NCBI GenBank assembly: GCA_045641325.1
Contig: JAZUGU010000100.1
Coordinates: forward strand, 1 to 48,697
DNA length: 48,697 nucleotides
Reading direction: 5' to 3'
Origin: Candidatus Avispirillum sp.
GTDB lineage: Bacteria > Bacillota > Clostridia > Oscillospirales > CAG-272
The notes beneath the pieces are model-generated. The model was not told the DNA's origin. It ran no database searches and saw nothing but the letters and a program-made list of their open reading frames with translations. Positions 33,423-42,068 of the stretch are shown one piece after another. Made by a program: the position numbers and the translations under genes. Within the stretch, counting starts at the first letter, position 1. Each line of letters starts with the position of its first letter.

Positions 33423-35711
33423 ATGAAAAAACTCGTTTCATTAGTGCTTGCCGTACTTATCCTCATTCCTTCCGCGGTGCTGTCCGTGCTTGCGGAGGAG
33501 ACCGTGCATACTCACGCGGGTGCGCTGGTCCAGATAATGACCGAAAACGTAGACGGCATTGACTTCTGCGGAAAATTCCATTGCGATTCCTGCGGAGAGG
33601 ATTATTATGCCCCCGTGACGTACGAGGACGTAGGGATGCCTATCATCAACATTTCCGGCTCGCAGGAGGGAATGAGTAAGGAAAACGAGGTCCTGCTGAA
33701 CGTTTCCTATTCTTCCGAAAATGTGAACTTCACATCTGCCGCTTCCTTCAAATGGCAGGGCGGAACGTCCGTTGACTTTGATAAAAAGAACTATACGATG
33801 AAACTCCTCAAGGACGACGGATCCAAGAACAAGATAAAGATCGTCGATGAATGGGGCAAACAGAGCAAATACTGCCTCAAGGCAAACTGGGTAGATGCAT
33901 CCCACAGCAGAAACATAGTGTCCGCAAGGATATATAACGAGATAGTCCACTCAAGATGTCTCGATGACGAGCTGGAAGCCCTTCCCAACGGCGGTGCTGT
34001 GGACGGTTTTCCCGTTGCGCTGTACGATAACGGACAGTTCTACGGACTTTATACTCTCAATATTCCCAAGGATAACTGGGCATGGGGTATGAATGATGAA
34101 AACCTTCGCCAGGCTCTCCTTTTCGGCGGCTCGTGGACGGAAAGCGTCAGACTTAATACTCCCATCGCCGACGTAAACGATCCCGCGGCATCCGGCTTTG
34201 ACATTGAGTACTGTTCGACGGAAGACGATCCCGAGGTAGGCTGTACCTGGGCAGTTGAAAGCTTCAACAATTTTATCAACTTCCTGAGAAACACTACCAA
34301 TCAGAGCACCTTCCGCAGCAAAGTGGGACAGTATACATCAGTTGAGCGCGCCATCGACGTGCTGATATTCTCATATTTCATCCATGCAGACGATAACCTG
34401 GCAAAAAATATCGTATGGGCGACCTATGACGGCACAGTCTGGATCCCTTGCATGTACGATATGGATGCTACGTGGGGCCTTTTCTGGGACGGCACAATGA
34501 ACGTTTCCGCAAAGGGAATGTATTTCGGCGGAGGAAATCTCCTGTTCAACCGTCTTCTCAGCTTCTACAGCAGCGAAATAGAAGCACGCTACACCGAGCT
34601 CAGAAAGGATATTTTCTCAAGGAAAACGATCGAGCATTATTTCACCGATTTCTTCGATTCCGTTACCGATGTTGTCAGAAATGCCGATGCGGCTAAATGG
34701 CCCGGAGTACCTTCAAGAAGCACGAACAACTATAACAGCATATATTCTTTTGCGACAACCCGCATGGCTGATTACGATAATCACTATTTCGGTACGTCAG
34801 TAAAGGAAAACACCCGTTGGGACGAAAAGGTATCGTTCAATACGACGGGTGGATGTAAGTTCTATGTCTATCCCTATGAGGATTATACGGTTCAGCCCAC
34901 AAGATCGATAGCGGCATATCCGGTCGATTCAACGGGAGCAGTTGTCAGAAAAGGCAATGAGGTCAATTTCCTTGTAGTGCCTCCGGAGGGAATGCTTATT
35001 GACAGCGTTTCGGTGCGTGGTGACAGCGGCTATTCCGAAATACTCGGTCCCGATGATACGGGCGCCGAAAACGTGTACAGAATAGTTGAAGTATCCGATT
35101 TTATTGATGTTGACGTTGCATTATCCGAGATCCCCAGCGGTTATGACGTAACTTTCGATGCGTGCGGAAACGCCGATATTTATGTATTCCCGGGAAGTGA
35201 CTATACTGCTTCTCCCGTGCAGAGCACAAGCACCGTATCCGTTGACTCTTCTACAGGAGTCCCGACAAAGAGCGGCGACGGACAGGTCAATTTCATGATA
35301 GTACCTCATAACGGCTATACTATCGGTGAGGTGACCGTGTCTCCCGCAAATTATAAAAACCTGAAAACTCCGGATGATACCGAAAATGAAAATACTTACA
35401 GGATCACAAAGATAACCGGAGATCTGACCGTAACCGTAACGCTTATCGAGGGGCACGTGCATAATTTCATCTTCGGAAGATGCATCGAGTGCTTCGAGCG
35501 TGATGAGGATTACACCGGAAGACCCATCGGTGACATAGACGGTGACGAGAAGATCACGGCAAAGGACACGAATCTTCTGAAAAAGGCGATCGTCGGCGCG
35601 TATTTGATTACGGGCGACGATGTATATGCCGCAGATGTCTACGGTGACGGAAAGCTCACCGTCGGCGATGTCAACCAGCTCAAAAAACTGATAACCGGAT
35701 CTGCAGGATAA
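33423..35711 (+). CDS. Secreted CotH-family kinase with two Ig-like repeats and a C-terminal dockerin
   Basis: Signal peptide MKKLVSLVLAVLILIPSAVLSVLA. CotH motifs KWQGGTS..FDKKNYTMK, LKANWVD.SHSRN, GQFYGLYTL, DDNLAKN and YDMDATWG. Two ~100-aa repeats. Dockerin GDIDGDEKITAKD/ADVYGDGKLTVGD. Start moved to ATG 33423. Confidence 0.82.
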   Translation: MKKLVSLVLAVLILIPSAVLSVLAEETVHTHAGALVQIMTENVDGIDFCGKFHCDSCGEDYYAPVTYEDVGMPIINISGSQEGMSKENEVLLNVSYSSENVNFTSAASFKWQGGTSVDFDKKNYTMKLLKDDGSKNKIKIVDEWGKQSKYCLKANWVDASHSRNIVSARIYNEIVHSRCLDDELEALPNGGAVDGFPVALYDNGQFYGLYTLNIPKDNWAWGMNDENLRQALLFGGSWTESVRLNTPIADVNDPAASGFDIEYCSTEDDPEVGCTWAVESFNNFINFLRNTTNQSTFRSKVGQYTSVERAIDVLIFSYFIHADDNLAKNIVWATYDGTVWIPCMYDMDATWGLFWDGTMNVSAKGMYFGGGNLLFNRLLSFYSSEIEARYTELRKDIFSRKTIEHYFTDFFDSVTDVVRNADAAKWPGVPSRSTNNYNSIYSFATTRMADYDNHYFGTSVKENTRWDEKVSFNTTGGCKFYVYPYEDYTVQPTRSIAAYPVDSTGAVVRKGNEVNFLVVPPEGMLIDSVSVRGDSGYSEILGPDDTGAENVYRIVEVSDFIDVDVALSEIPSGYDVTFDACGNADIYVFPGSDYTASPVQSTSTVSVDSSTGVPTKSGDGQVNFMIVPHNGYTIGEVTVSPANYKNLKTPDDTENENTYRITKITGDLTVTVTLIEGHVHNFIFGRCIECFERDEDYTGRPIGDIDGDEKITAKDTNLLKKAIVGAYLITGDDVYAADVYGDGKLTVGDVNQLKKLITGSAG
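34824..35450 (+). repeat. Two ~100-aa tandem beta-sandwich repeats
   Basis: Both units share V.F.....dxYVxPxxDYT.xP......vDS.tG....G..VNFxxvPxxGxxIxxVxV......xPDDTxxENxYRIxxxxxxxxVxVxL. Confidence 0.7.
35526..35708 (+). other. Dockerin domain (second Ca loop partly degenerate)
   Basis: DIDGDEKITAKD..LLKK and DVYGDGKLTVGD..QLKK. Confidence 0.75.
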
Positions 35712-35745
35712 AAAGCAGTTTTTTGCAAAAAAAGCCGGATTTCTA

Positions 35746-35774
35746 TTGAAAAAAGAAGATAAGGGTGTTAAAAT
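35746..35774 (+). promoter_or_regulatory. Sigma-A-type promoter of pgi
   Basis: TTGAAA, 17-bp spacer, TAAAAT with TGn extension. Confidence 0.7.
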
Positions 35775-35822
35775 AGCTTAACACTAAAAAATGTGCCCGA
35801 ATAAGGCAGAACGGAGATTCAA

Positions 35823-37172
35823 ATGTCAATCAAGTTAAACGAAAAATTTACCAAGGGCTTTGTTTCCGAATGCGATATCAAAGCCATCACCCCCGAGATA
35901 GAAAAGGCTCTCGAAACCGTTAAAAACGGTACCGGAGAGGGAAGCGATTTTCTCGGATGGCTGACAAGGCCTGCCGATTACGATAAGGAAGAGTATGCAC
36001 GTGTCAAGGCTGCAGCACAGAAGATCAGAAAGATCTGTGATGTATTCGTAGTCATCGGTATCGGCGGTTCGTACCTTGGTGCCCGTTCTGCAATCGAATT
36101 TGTCAACGGCAATAAATACAACACTCTCCGCGGCGATTCTCCCGAGATCTATTTTGCGGGAAATGATATTTCCTCCACCTCCGTTGCAGAGCTTCTGAAG
36201 ATCTGCGAGGGACGTGACGTGTGCATCAACGTTGTTTCCAAGTCCGGAACGACCACCGAGCCCGCTGTTGCTTTCCGTATATTCAGAGGTCTTCTGGAAC
36301 AGAAATACGGTGTTGAGGGCGCAAGAGAGAGAATATTCGTAACCACCGACAAGTGCAGAGGCAAGCTCAAAGAGTTCTCCGATCAGAACGGATACGAGAC
36401 TTTCGTAGTTCCCGACGATATCGGCGGCAGATACTCCGTTCTCACCCCCGTAGGTCTTCTTCCCATCGCCGTTGCAGGCATCGATACCGATGCAATGCTC
36501 AAGGGCGCCGAGGATGCAATGAATACTTACGGTAAGGCTGACGTTGCAGAAAACCCCTGCCTCAGATATGCGGCTATCCGTAATATCCTTTACCGCAGCG
36601 GTAAGACCATGGAGATCCTTGCAGCATACGAGCCTGCAATGCAGATGACCTGCGAGTGGTGGAAACAGCTCTACGGCGAGTCTGAGGGCAAAGATACCAA
36701 GGGTATTTTCCCCGCATCCGTTATTTTCTCCACCGACCTCCATTCACTCGGTCAGTACATCCAGCAGGGCCTGCGCAATCTCTTCGAGACCGTAATTGAT
36801 ATCAAGAAATCCAATGATACCGTGATCGTTCCCGATGATCCCGCAAATGTTGACGGACTGAACTTCCTTTCCGGCATGGAGCTCAACGAGATCAACCATT
36901 CCGCAATGACCGCGACTCTCTATGCTCACTTTGACGGCGGCGTGCCCAATATGGTGCTCGAGATCCCCGACAGAAGCGCATACACCTACGGCGAAATGGT
37001 ATACTTCTTCGAGCTGGCGTGCGGCGTTTCCGGATATACTCTCGGAGTCAATCCTTTCAACCAGCCCGGTGTTGAGGCATATAAGAAGAACATGTTCGCT
37101 CTTCTCGGAAAGCCCGATCCCGCTCTTGATGAGCTCAAAGCAAAGCTTGCCGAAAGAATGAAAGAGAACTGA
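35823..37172 (+). CDS. pgi: Glucose-6-phosphate isomerase
   Basis: VIGIGGSYLG, SKSGTTTEP, IGGRYSVL, WWKQLYGESEGKD, FNQPGVEAYK. Confidence 0.97.
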   Translation: MSIKLNEKFTKGFVSECDIKAITPEIEKALETVKNGTGEGSDFLGWLTRPADYDKEEYARVKAAAQKIRKICDVFVVIGIGGSYLGARSAIEFVNGNKYNTLRGDSPEIYFAGNDISSTSVAELLKICEGRDVCINVVSKSGTTTEPAVAFRIFRGLLEQKYGVEGARERIFVTTDKCRGKLKEFSDQNGYETFVVPDDIGGRYSVLTPVGLLPIAVAGIDTDAMLKGAEDAMNTYGKADVAENPCLRYAAIRNILYRSGKTMEILAAYEPAMQMTCEWWKQLYGESEGKDTKGIFPASVIFSTDLHSLGQYIQQGLRNLFETVIDIKKSNDTVIVPDDPANVDGLNFLSGMELNEINHSAMTATLYAHFDGGVPNMVLEIPDRSAYTYGEMVYFFELACGVSGYTLGVNPFNQPGVEAYKKNMFALLGKPDPALDELKAKLAERMKEN

Positions 37173-37177
37173 ATATG

Positions 37178-37207
37178 AAAAAGGGCTGCTTCGGCAGCCC
37201 TTAATTA
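37178..37207 (+). terminator. Intrinsic terminator after pgi
   Basis: aagggctgc-ttcg-gcagccctt stem with a C(UUCG)G tetraloop and an AT-rich tail. Confidence 0.8.
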
Positions 37208-37227
37208 TTAAAATTTTGTTTTCGCTA

Positions 37228-37256
37228 TTGCAATTGTCTCAATGATAATGTATAAT
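37228..37256 (+). promoter_or_regulatory. Sigma-A-type promoter
   Basis: TTGCAA, 17-bp spacer, TATAAT upstream of the small P-loop gene. Confidence 0.75.
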
Positions 37257-37301
37257 AGACAAAACGGGTGTATCCCGAGATAAGCAAAGAGAGGCACAAA
37301 T

Positions 37302-37709
37302 ATGCTCAAATTAATCATTGGTGTCAAGGGCACCGGCAAAACCAAACAGCTGATAGAAATGGTAAATGCTTCACTTCTCACCTCGAAGGGCGACGTAGTG
37401 TGCATCGAAAAAGGCGATAAACTCAGATTTGATGTTAAGTATCAGTGCAGACTGATTGATACGGAAAGCTACGGAGTATCCGGTGCATGTGCGCTTTACG
37501 GCTTCGTTGCCGGTATCCTCGCAAGCAATCACGACGTTACCGATCTCTATATAGACTCCGCTCTTAAGATCTGCGATGACGACAGAGAGGCTTTCGACAA
37601 CTTCATACAGAAGCTCGCTTCTTACGCCGAAACGAGCGACGTCAATTTCGTCGTTACTTCATCTCTCGATGTTGCGGAAGCAAGCGAAACGATCAAAAAG
37701 TACATCTGA
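37302..37709 (+). CDS. Small (135 aa) P-loop NTPase-like protein of unknown function
   Basis: Walker A GVKGTGKT at the N-terminus and a Walker-B-like DLYID; no accessory domains. Confidence 0.7.
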   Translation: MLKLIIGVKGTGKTKQLIEMVNASLLTSKGDVVCIEKGDKLRFDVKYQCRLIDTESYGVSGACALYGFVAGILASNHDVTDLYIDSALKICDDDREAFDNFIQKLASYAETSDVNFVVTSSLDVAEASETIKKYI

Positions 37710-37712
37710 ATC

Positions 37713-37739
37713 AAAGCGGGCTTAACGCCCGCTTTACTT
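37713..37739 (+). terminator. Stem-loop with a weak U-tract before nnr
   Basis: aaagcgggc-ttaac-gcccgcttt followed by actt. Confidence 0.55.
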
Positions 37740-37753
37740 ATTATGAGGCCGAT

Positions 37754-39238
37754 ATGAAAAGAATCCTGACATCTGAACAGATGCGTATCTGTGACAGAAA
37801 TACGATTGAATCCGGAACGCCTTCCTCCGTTCTTATGGAAAGAGCCGCAAAAAAGGTTGCGGAACTTGTAAACTGCAATTGCGTCCAAGACCTTGAAAAG
37901 GTCCTTGTGGTATGCGGAAACGGAAATAACGGAGGCGACGGTATACTTACGGCATTGATGCTTGCGGCAGATGAAGATTGTGATTGCAGTATCATGCTTA
38001 TAGGTGACCGTGAGCATATCTCCCACGAAACCGCGAAAAATATAAAAATTGCGGAAAGCCGGGGGATTCTGTTTGTTGATAACCCGGATTTTAACAGCTA
38101 CACTCTCATCATAGATGCCATTTTCGGAATAGGCCTTTCAAGACCTGTCGAGGGAAGAATAGCTGAGGTGATTGAAAAAATCAACCGTGCTTCTGCTCCC
38201 GTCGTGTCTATTGATATTCCGTCCGGCATATCCGCAGATACGGGAAGAATACTGGGAACGGCAGTTAAAGCAGACGTGACCGTGGCAATAGAAACCGTAA
38301 AGACCGGACATGTTACCGGTGAAGGTATCAATTGCACGGGAAAGCTGTACGTGGCACCTATCGGTATCAGTACCGATATCGCAGGAGACGGGATGCCCCT
38401 CGTTGTGACGGACGATGATCTTAAACTGATACCCAAACGGAAAAGAACGTCCAATAAAGGCGATTTCGGCAGAGTTCTTGTTATCGCCGGCAGCGTTGGA
38501 ATGAGCGGTGCGGCATATCTGTCAGCCGCTGCCGCATACCGCTCGGGCGCAGGCCTTGTTGAGATTTATACGCCCGAGGAAAACCGGCAGATCCTGCAGA
38601 TCCTTTTGCCGGAGGCAATAGTAACCGCATACGATAAGGATGCCCCCGATATGTCCGCTTTCCGTTCCGCACTCGCCCGTGCAGCTGTTGTCGTAATAGG
38701 ACCGGGGCTCGGTAAAAGCGGAACATCCGAAATGCTTGTCCGTGAAACTTATAAGCTGGCGGATGCACCTTTGATAATTGATGCAGATGCTCTGAATATT
38801 ACCGCAGAAAAAGAGCTGGAATTCCCGGCTGACGTTCCCGTGATAATAACCCCGCATCCCGGCGAAATGTCAAGACTGACAGGCGCCGGCATAAAGGAAA
38901 TGGAGGCATCTCCCGTGACCTTTGCAAGAAGCTATGCCGCAGAGAATGAGGTCATCTGTGTTCTGAAATTCGCAAGAACTGTGATAACCGACGGAACAAA
39001 GACTTTCGTAAATATCAGCGGCGGCCCTTCAATGTCAAAGGGGGGCTCCGGCGATGTGCTGACCGGAATTATTGCCGGCATGCTTTGCTGTGACCTGTCA
39101 CCCATCCATGCGGCGGCACTCGGCGCATACGTCCACGGAGCGGCCGGAGATATTACGGAACAGCATACGAACGAAGTCTATCCCACAGCGCGTGATATAC
39201 TGGACTATCTTCCTTTTGCCCAGAACGGTAACAGATAA
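37754..39238 (+). CDS. nnr: Bifunctional NAD(P)H-hydrate epimerase/dehydratase (NnrE-NnrD, YjeF)
   Basis: LMERAA, CGNGNNGGDG, DAIFGIG, SIDIPSG; SNKGDFG, IGPGLG, IDADAL, ITPHPGEM, GGSGDVLTG. Confidence 0.93.
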   Translation: MKRILTSEQMRICDRNTIESGTPSSVLMERAAKKVAELVNCNCVQDLEKVLVVCGNGNNGGDGILTALMLAADEDCDCSIMLIGDREHISHETAKNIKIAESRGILFVDNPDFNSYTLIIDAIFGIGLSRPVEGRIAEVIEKINRASAPVVSIDIPSGISADTGRILGTAVKADVTVAIETVKTGHVTGEGINCTGKLYVAPIGISTDIAGDGMPLVVTDDDLKLIPKRKRTSNKGDFGRVLVIAGSVGMSGAAYLSAAAAYRSGAGLVEIYTPEENRQILQILLPEAIVTAYDKDAPDMSAFRSALARAAVVVIGPGLGKSGTSEMLVRETYKLADAPLIIDADALNITAEKELEFPADVPVIITPHPGEMSRLTGAGIKEMEASPVTFARSYAAENEVICVLKFARTVITDGTKTFVNISGGPSMSKGGSGDVLTGIIAGMLCCDLSPIHAAALGAYVHGAAGDITEQHTNEVYPTARDILDYLPFAQNGNR

Positions 39239-39708
39239 TGAAAGAACAGAAAACAAATGTCATGCGCATACTTGATGCGGCAAAAATACCGTATGAGCAC
39301 CACGAATACGACCCGGATATAACCGAGGGCGTCAGCGTTGCGGAGCTTATCGGGCAGGAGCAGGAAAAAGTGTTCAAAACTCTTGTCACCGTGTCCGGCA
39401 AGGGCGTGAATTACGTGTTCGTTATTCCCGTTGCAGAAACGCTTGATCTGAAAAAAGCCGCCAAGTGCGTGGGAGAAAAATCAATTGCCATGATAAAGCA
39501 GAAGGATCTCCTGCCGCTGACCGGCTATATTCACGGCGGATGTTCTCCCATAGGTATGAAAAAACCGTTCCGCACGGTCATTCACGAAACTGCGAAGGAG
39601 TGTGATGCTTTCTGCGTTTCAGCGGGGAAGCGCGGAAACCAGATCGAGCTTTCACCAATGAATCTGGCAACTCTGATAAATGCCGAGTTTGCGGATTTAA
39701 CGGAATAA
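39238..39708 (+). CDS. ybaK: Cys-tRNA(Pro) deacylase YbaK
   Basis: KTNVMRILD, VFKTLV, LDLKKAA, TGYIHGGCSPIGMKK, VSAGKRG.QIEL. Confidence 0.93.
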   Translation: MKEQKTNVMRILDAAKIPYEHHEYDPDITEGVSVAELIGQEQEKVFKTLVTVSGKGVNYVFVIPVAETLDLKKAAKCVGEKSIAMIKQKDLLPLTGYIHGGCSPIGMKKPFRTVIHETAKECDAFCVSAGKRGNQIELSPMNLATLINAEFADLTE

Positions 39709-39741
39709 AAAAACGCAGGGCTCTGTTGAGCCCTGCGTTTT
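39709..39741. terminator. Bidirectional intrinsic terminator
   Basis: aaaacgcagggctc-tgtt-gagccctgcgtttt between convergent genes. Confidence 0.88.
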
Positions 39742-39745
39742 GAAT

Positions 39746-40879
39746 TTATAGACAAGAATAGAGAACGTTTCTCAGTCTGTTTGCCGTATACCACTCCTGA
39801 TTGTTCAGCATATGATGGGCATAGAACATTGCCAGTTCATTGTCCGGATCGATCAGCTCGTATGCGCCTGCGGCTCCCGTCCAGCCGAATTCGCCCACGG
39901 GCGAAGGAGAGCCGGATGCCGCGCGGTCAACCATCGTGCGAACTCCCAGGCCGTATCCGTATCCCATCAGAGTATCCCAGTCAAATGTTGAAAGCTGGGC
40001 GGGTGAAAGCCTGTTCGTGCGCATCATATCGACCGTCGAAGGAGCGAGTATCGCACCGCCGTCGGGCGTTTTTCCTTTCATGCTCATGGCACACGCAAAT
40101 TTCGCCATATCATTAACGGTCGAAACGATGCCTGCGCCACCGCTGTAAAAATCACTGCCCATTATAAAATAATTGCGCTGACTTTCACGGACAAACATGC
40201 CTTTTTCGTCACTGTATGTATACTGTACCGAAAGGTTTTCGGGTATTTCCCATCCGCCGTAAAAGGTTTCGTCCATTCCAAGCGGGTCGAATATCATTTT
40301 CTTCGCGTAATCTTTCAGTGAGTATCCGGAAATTACCTCAACGAGCGCACCTATAACGTCGTGGGAAAGGCCGTAATTCCACCGTTCTCCGGGCTGGAAT
40401 ATCAGCGGATCGCGCCCCACCGCGTCCATCAGCTCAACGGTATTGCATACGGGATATGCCTTTTCCCGCGCCGCAGAAAGGGAAGGCCTGTCTGTGTTGT
40501 AGTCAAGCCCTGATGTCATTGAAAACAAATCGCCGATAGTGACCGGGCGTTCAACGGGAACGAGCTTTTCCGAGCCGTCATCGTTCTTAATAAGAACTTT
40601 CATATCCGACCATCCGGGCAGATAATCCGATACCTTGTCGTTTATGAGGAATTTGCCTCTTTCCCAAAGAGTAAGAGCCGCCGCACAGGTTATCGGCTTC
40701 GATGCCGAATACATGTACATAAGGCAGTTCTTTGACATTGGTATCTTATTTTCCGCATCGGAATACCCCGATGCGTATTCAAAGACCTTCTCACCGTGAA
40801 GATGTACAACGGCGGCGTTGCCGGGTATCCTCCACGATGTGAACTGATCCATCAGCTCTTTTAACTTCTGAAAATCCAT
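39746..40879 (-). CDS. Serine hydrolase, beta-lactamase (class C/esterase) fold
   Basis: SxxK (YSASKPIT), LFSMTSG, FQPGERWNYG, GAGIVST, FGWTGAAG. No signal peptide. Confidence 0.85.
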   Translation of the reverse strand: MDFQKLKELMDQFTSWRIPGNAAVVHLHGEKVFEYASGYSDAENKIPMSKNCLMYMYSASKPITCAAALTLWERGKFLINDKVSDYLPGWSDMKVLIKNDDGSEKLVPVERPVTIGDLFSMTSGLDYNTDRPSLSAAREKAYPVCNTVELMDAVGRDPLIFQPGERWNYGLSHDVIGALVEVISGYSLKDYAKKMIFDPLGMDETFYGGWEIPENLSVQYTYSDEKGMFVRESQRNYFIMGSDFYSGGAGIVSTVNDMAKFACAMSMKGKTPDGGAILAPSTVDMMRTNRLSPAQLSTFDWDTLMGYGYGLGVRTMVDRAASGSPSPVGEFGWTGAAGAYELIDPDNELAMFYAHHMLNNQEWYTANRLRNVLYSCL

Positions 40880-40894
40880 TTTGACCTTCCGTTA

Positions 40895-41920
40895 TCAGTC
40901 AAGAACGTAGACTGTTACATATCTGACGCCGTAATCCCAGTACGCAGGGTTATCGGAATCGTAATAAATATCAATGAAATTGCCTTTGATCACACCGCCG
41001 GTGTCAGCGGCAGTCCTTATACCCACACCCTCAATATAGACTCTCGATCCGAGGGGGATGACGGATGGGTCTACGGCAATGACGTCCTCAGAAGCGGGAA
41101 TTCCGCTTGCCGTGTTGCCTCCGCCGGAATAAACCGTGGACTTGCACTCAAACGTGCTTGAATAGCTATAATATGTACCGCCGATGTTTACCATACCGCC
41201 TACACCGTTGTATACGATCATGGTGACGGGCTCGAGAGAAACGTATTCGTCGGTCTTCTCACGCTCGATCTCAACGCCGTTAAGATATGTAACGGTGTAT
41301 GTAACCGTCCTTATACCCTCGTGACCTTCCTGGTGCACCTCGGTGGTGCCTTTGGGGATGGATTCGGAGTCAACGTATTCGATCTCATAATCGATCTCGT
41401 ACTCCTCGGTCACGGTCTCGTATGAAACGTTGTCAACGTTGATATCGGTATCCTTGTTGATGACAGCAGAAAGGTCGGTTTTTGTTTTCTCGTTTTCATC
41501 AAGCTGAATTCCGAGAATGTCGATCAGCTCGCCGACGGTCCTTTCGGAAGTAGTGCACTTGATGTTGTCTTTTTTGTAAAAAGTAAACGAAACATCGTAT
41601 TTGTCATCGTACTTGGGAACACTTGCAACAGCGGTTTTTGCCGCTTTGGAGACAGCGGTCGATTCACCGACGGTGAAATCTGCGGTCATAGGCTCCTTTT
41701 TATCGTCCGAAGGGGTAAAGATCATAACAGCGGCCGCTCCTATGATACAGACAAACAGAACTGCAACGGCAATGGAGACGTTTCTGATAAAACCTGCTGA
41801 ACGCCTCAATGCACCCTTTGGACCAATATTCGGTTTTGGTGCCTGACGCTTCGGACCCGTTTCACGTGAACGTGAATTGAGTTCGGACATGGCGTTGTTT
41901 TTCTTCAAAATATAGACCAT
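40895..41920 (-). CDS. Membrane-anchored G5-3D domain protein (YabE/Sps-like cell-wall hydrolase)
   Basis: Basic N-tail, one TM helix, a DUF348-like segment (TTSERTVGELI..LGI), G5 (IDYEIEY...KGT..V.QEG.EG), 3D (TASG...IAVDPSVIPLGS.VYIEG....AADTGG.IKGN.IDIY). Start uncertain (41920 or 41890). Confidence 0.85.
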   Translation of the reverse strand: MVYILKKNNAMSELNSRSRETGPKRQAPKPNIGPKGALRRSAGFIRNVSIAVAVLFVCIIGAAAVMIFTPSDDKKEPMTADFTVGESTAVSKAAKTAVASVPKYDDKYDVSFTFYKKDNIKCTTSERTVGELIDILGIQLDENEKTKTDLSAVINKDTDINVDNVSYETVTEEYEIDYEIEYVDSESIPKGTTEVHQEGHEGIRTVTYTVTYLNGVEIEREKTDEYVSLEPVTMIVYNGVGGMVNIGGTYYSYSSTFECKSTVYSGGGNTASGIPASEDVIAVDPSVIPLGSRVYIEGVGIRTAADTGGVIKGNFIDIYYDSDNPAYWDYGVRYVTVYVLD

Positions 41921-41952
41921 TCCTTTGTAGTTTTTCTTCGCATGTTCTTCAA

Positions 41953-41981
41953 ATTATACCATATTTTATGCAATAAATCAA
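41953..41981 (-). promoter_or_regulatory. Sigma-A-type promoter of the G5-3D / serine hydrolase genes
   Basis: Minus strand TTGATT, 17-bp spacer, TATAAT with TGn extension. Confidence 0.75.
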
Positions 41982-42008
41982 GTATTAATTCCTATAGGCG
42001 TATTTCGC

Positions 42009-42037
42009 TTGACATATACCATATGTTGTGGTATTAT
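42009..42037 (+). promoter_or_regulatory. Sigma-A-type promoter of the hydrolase-murF-ddl operon
   Basis: TTGACA, 17-bp spacer, TATTAT with TGn extension. Confidence 0.8.
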
Positions 42038-42068
42038 AACTATGTATGTTATGTTTTGGAGGCAAATC

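Noticed and set aside
35719-35732. ttttttgcaaaaaa palindrome (similar attttgcaaaat at 32168-32179)
   Set aside because: Low-complexity A/T runs around GC; too weak for a terminator and no supporting pattern for an operator.
35835-36743. 302-aa antisense ORF in pgi, and the many other short alternative-frame ORFs in the track
   Set aside because: Shadows of highly biased housekeeping genes; none has an RBS plus a plausible protein signature.
37302-37709. PilT twitching-motility ATPase (a label I recall on similar proteins)
   Set aside because: Far too short, lacks the PilT N-domain and His/Asp boxes, and there are no pilus genes nearby.
39746-40879. Beta-lactamase resistance gene
   Set aside because: No signal peptide, and the motifs fit the broad esterase/peptidase branch of the fold; resistance cannot be inferred.
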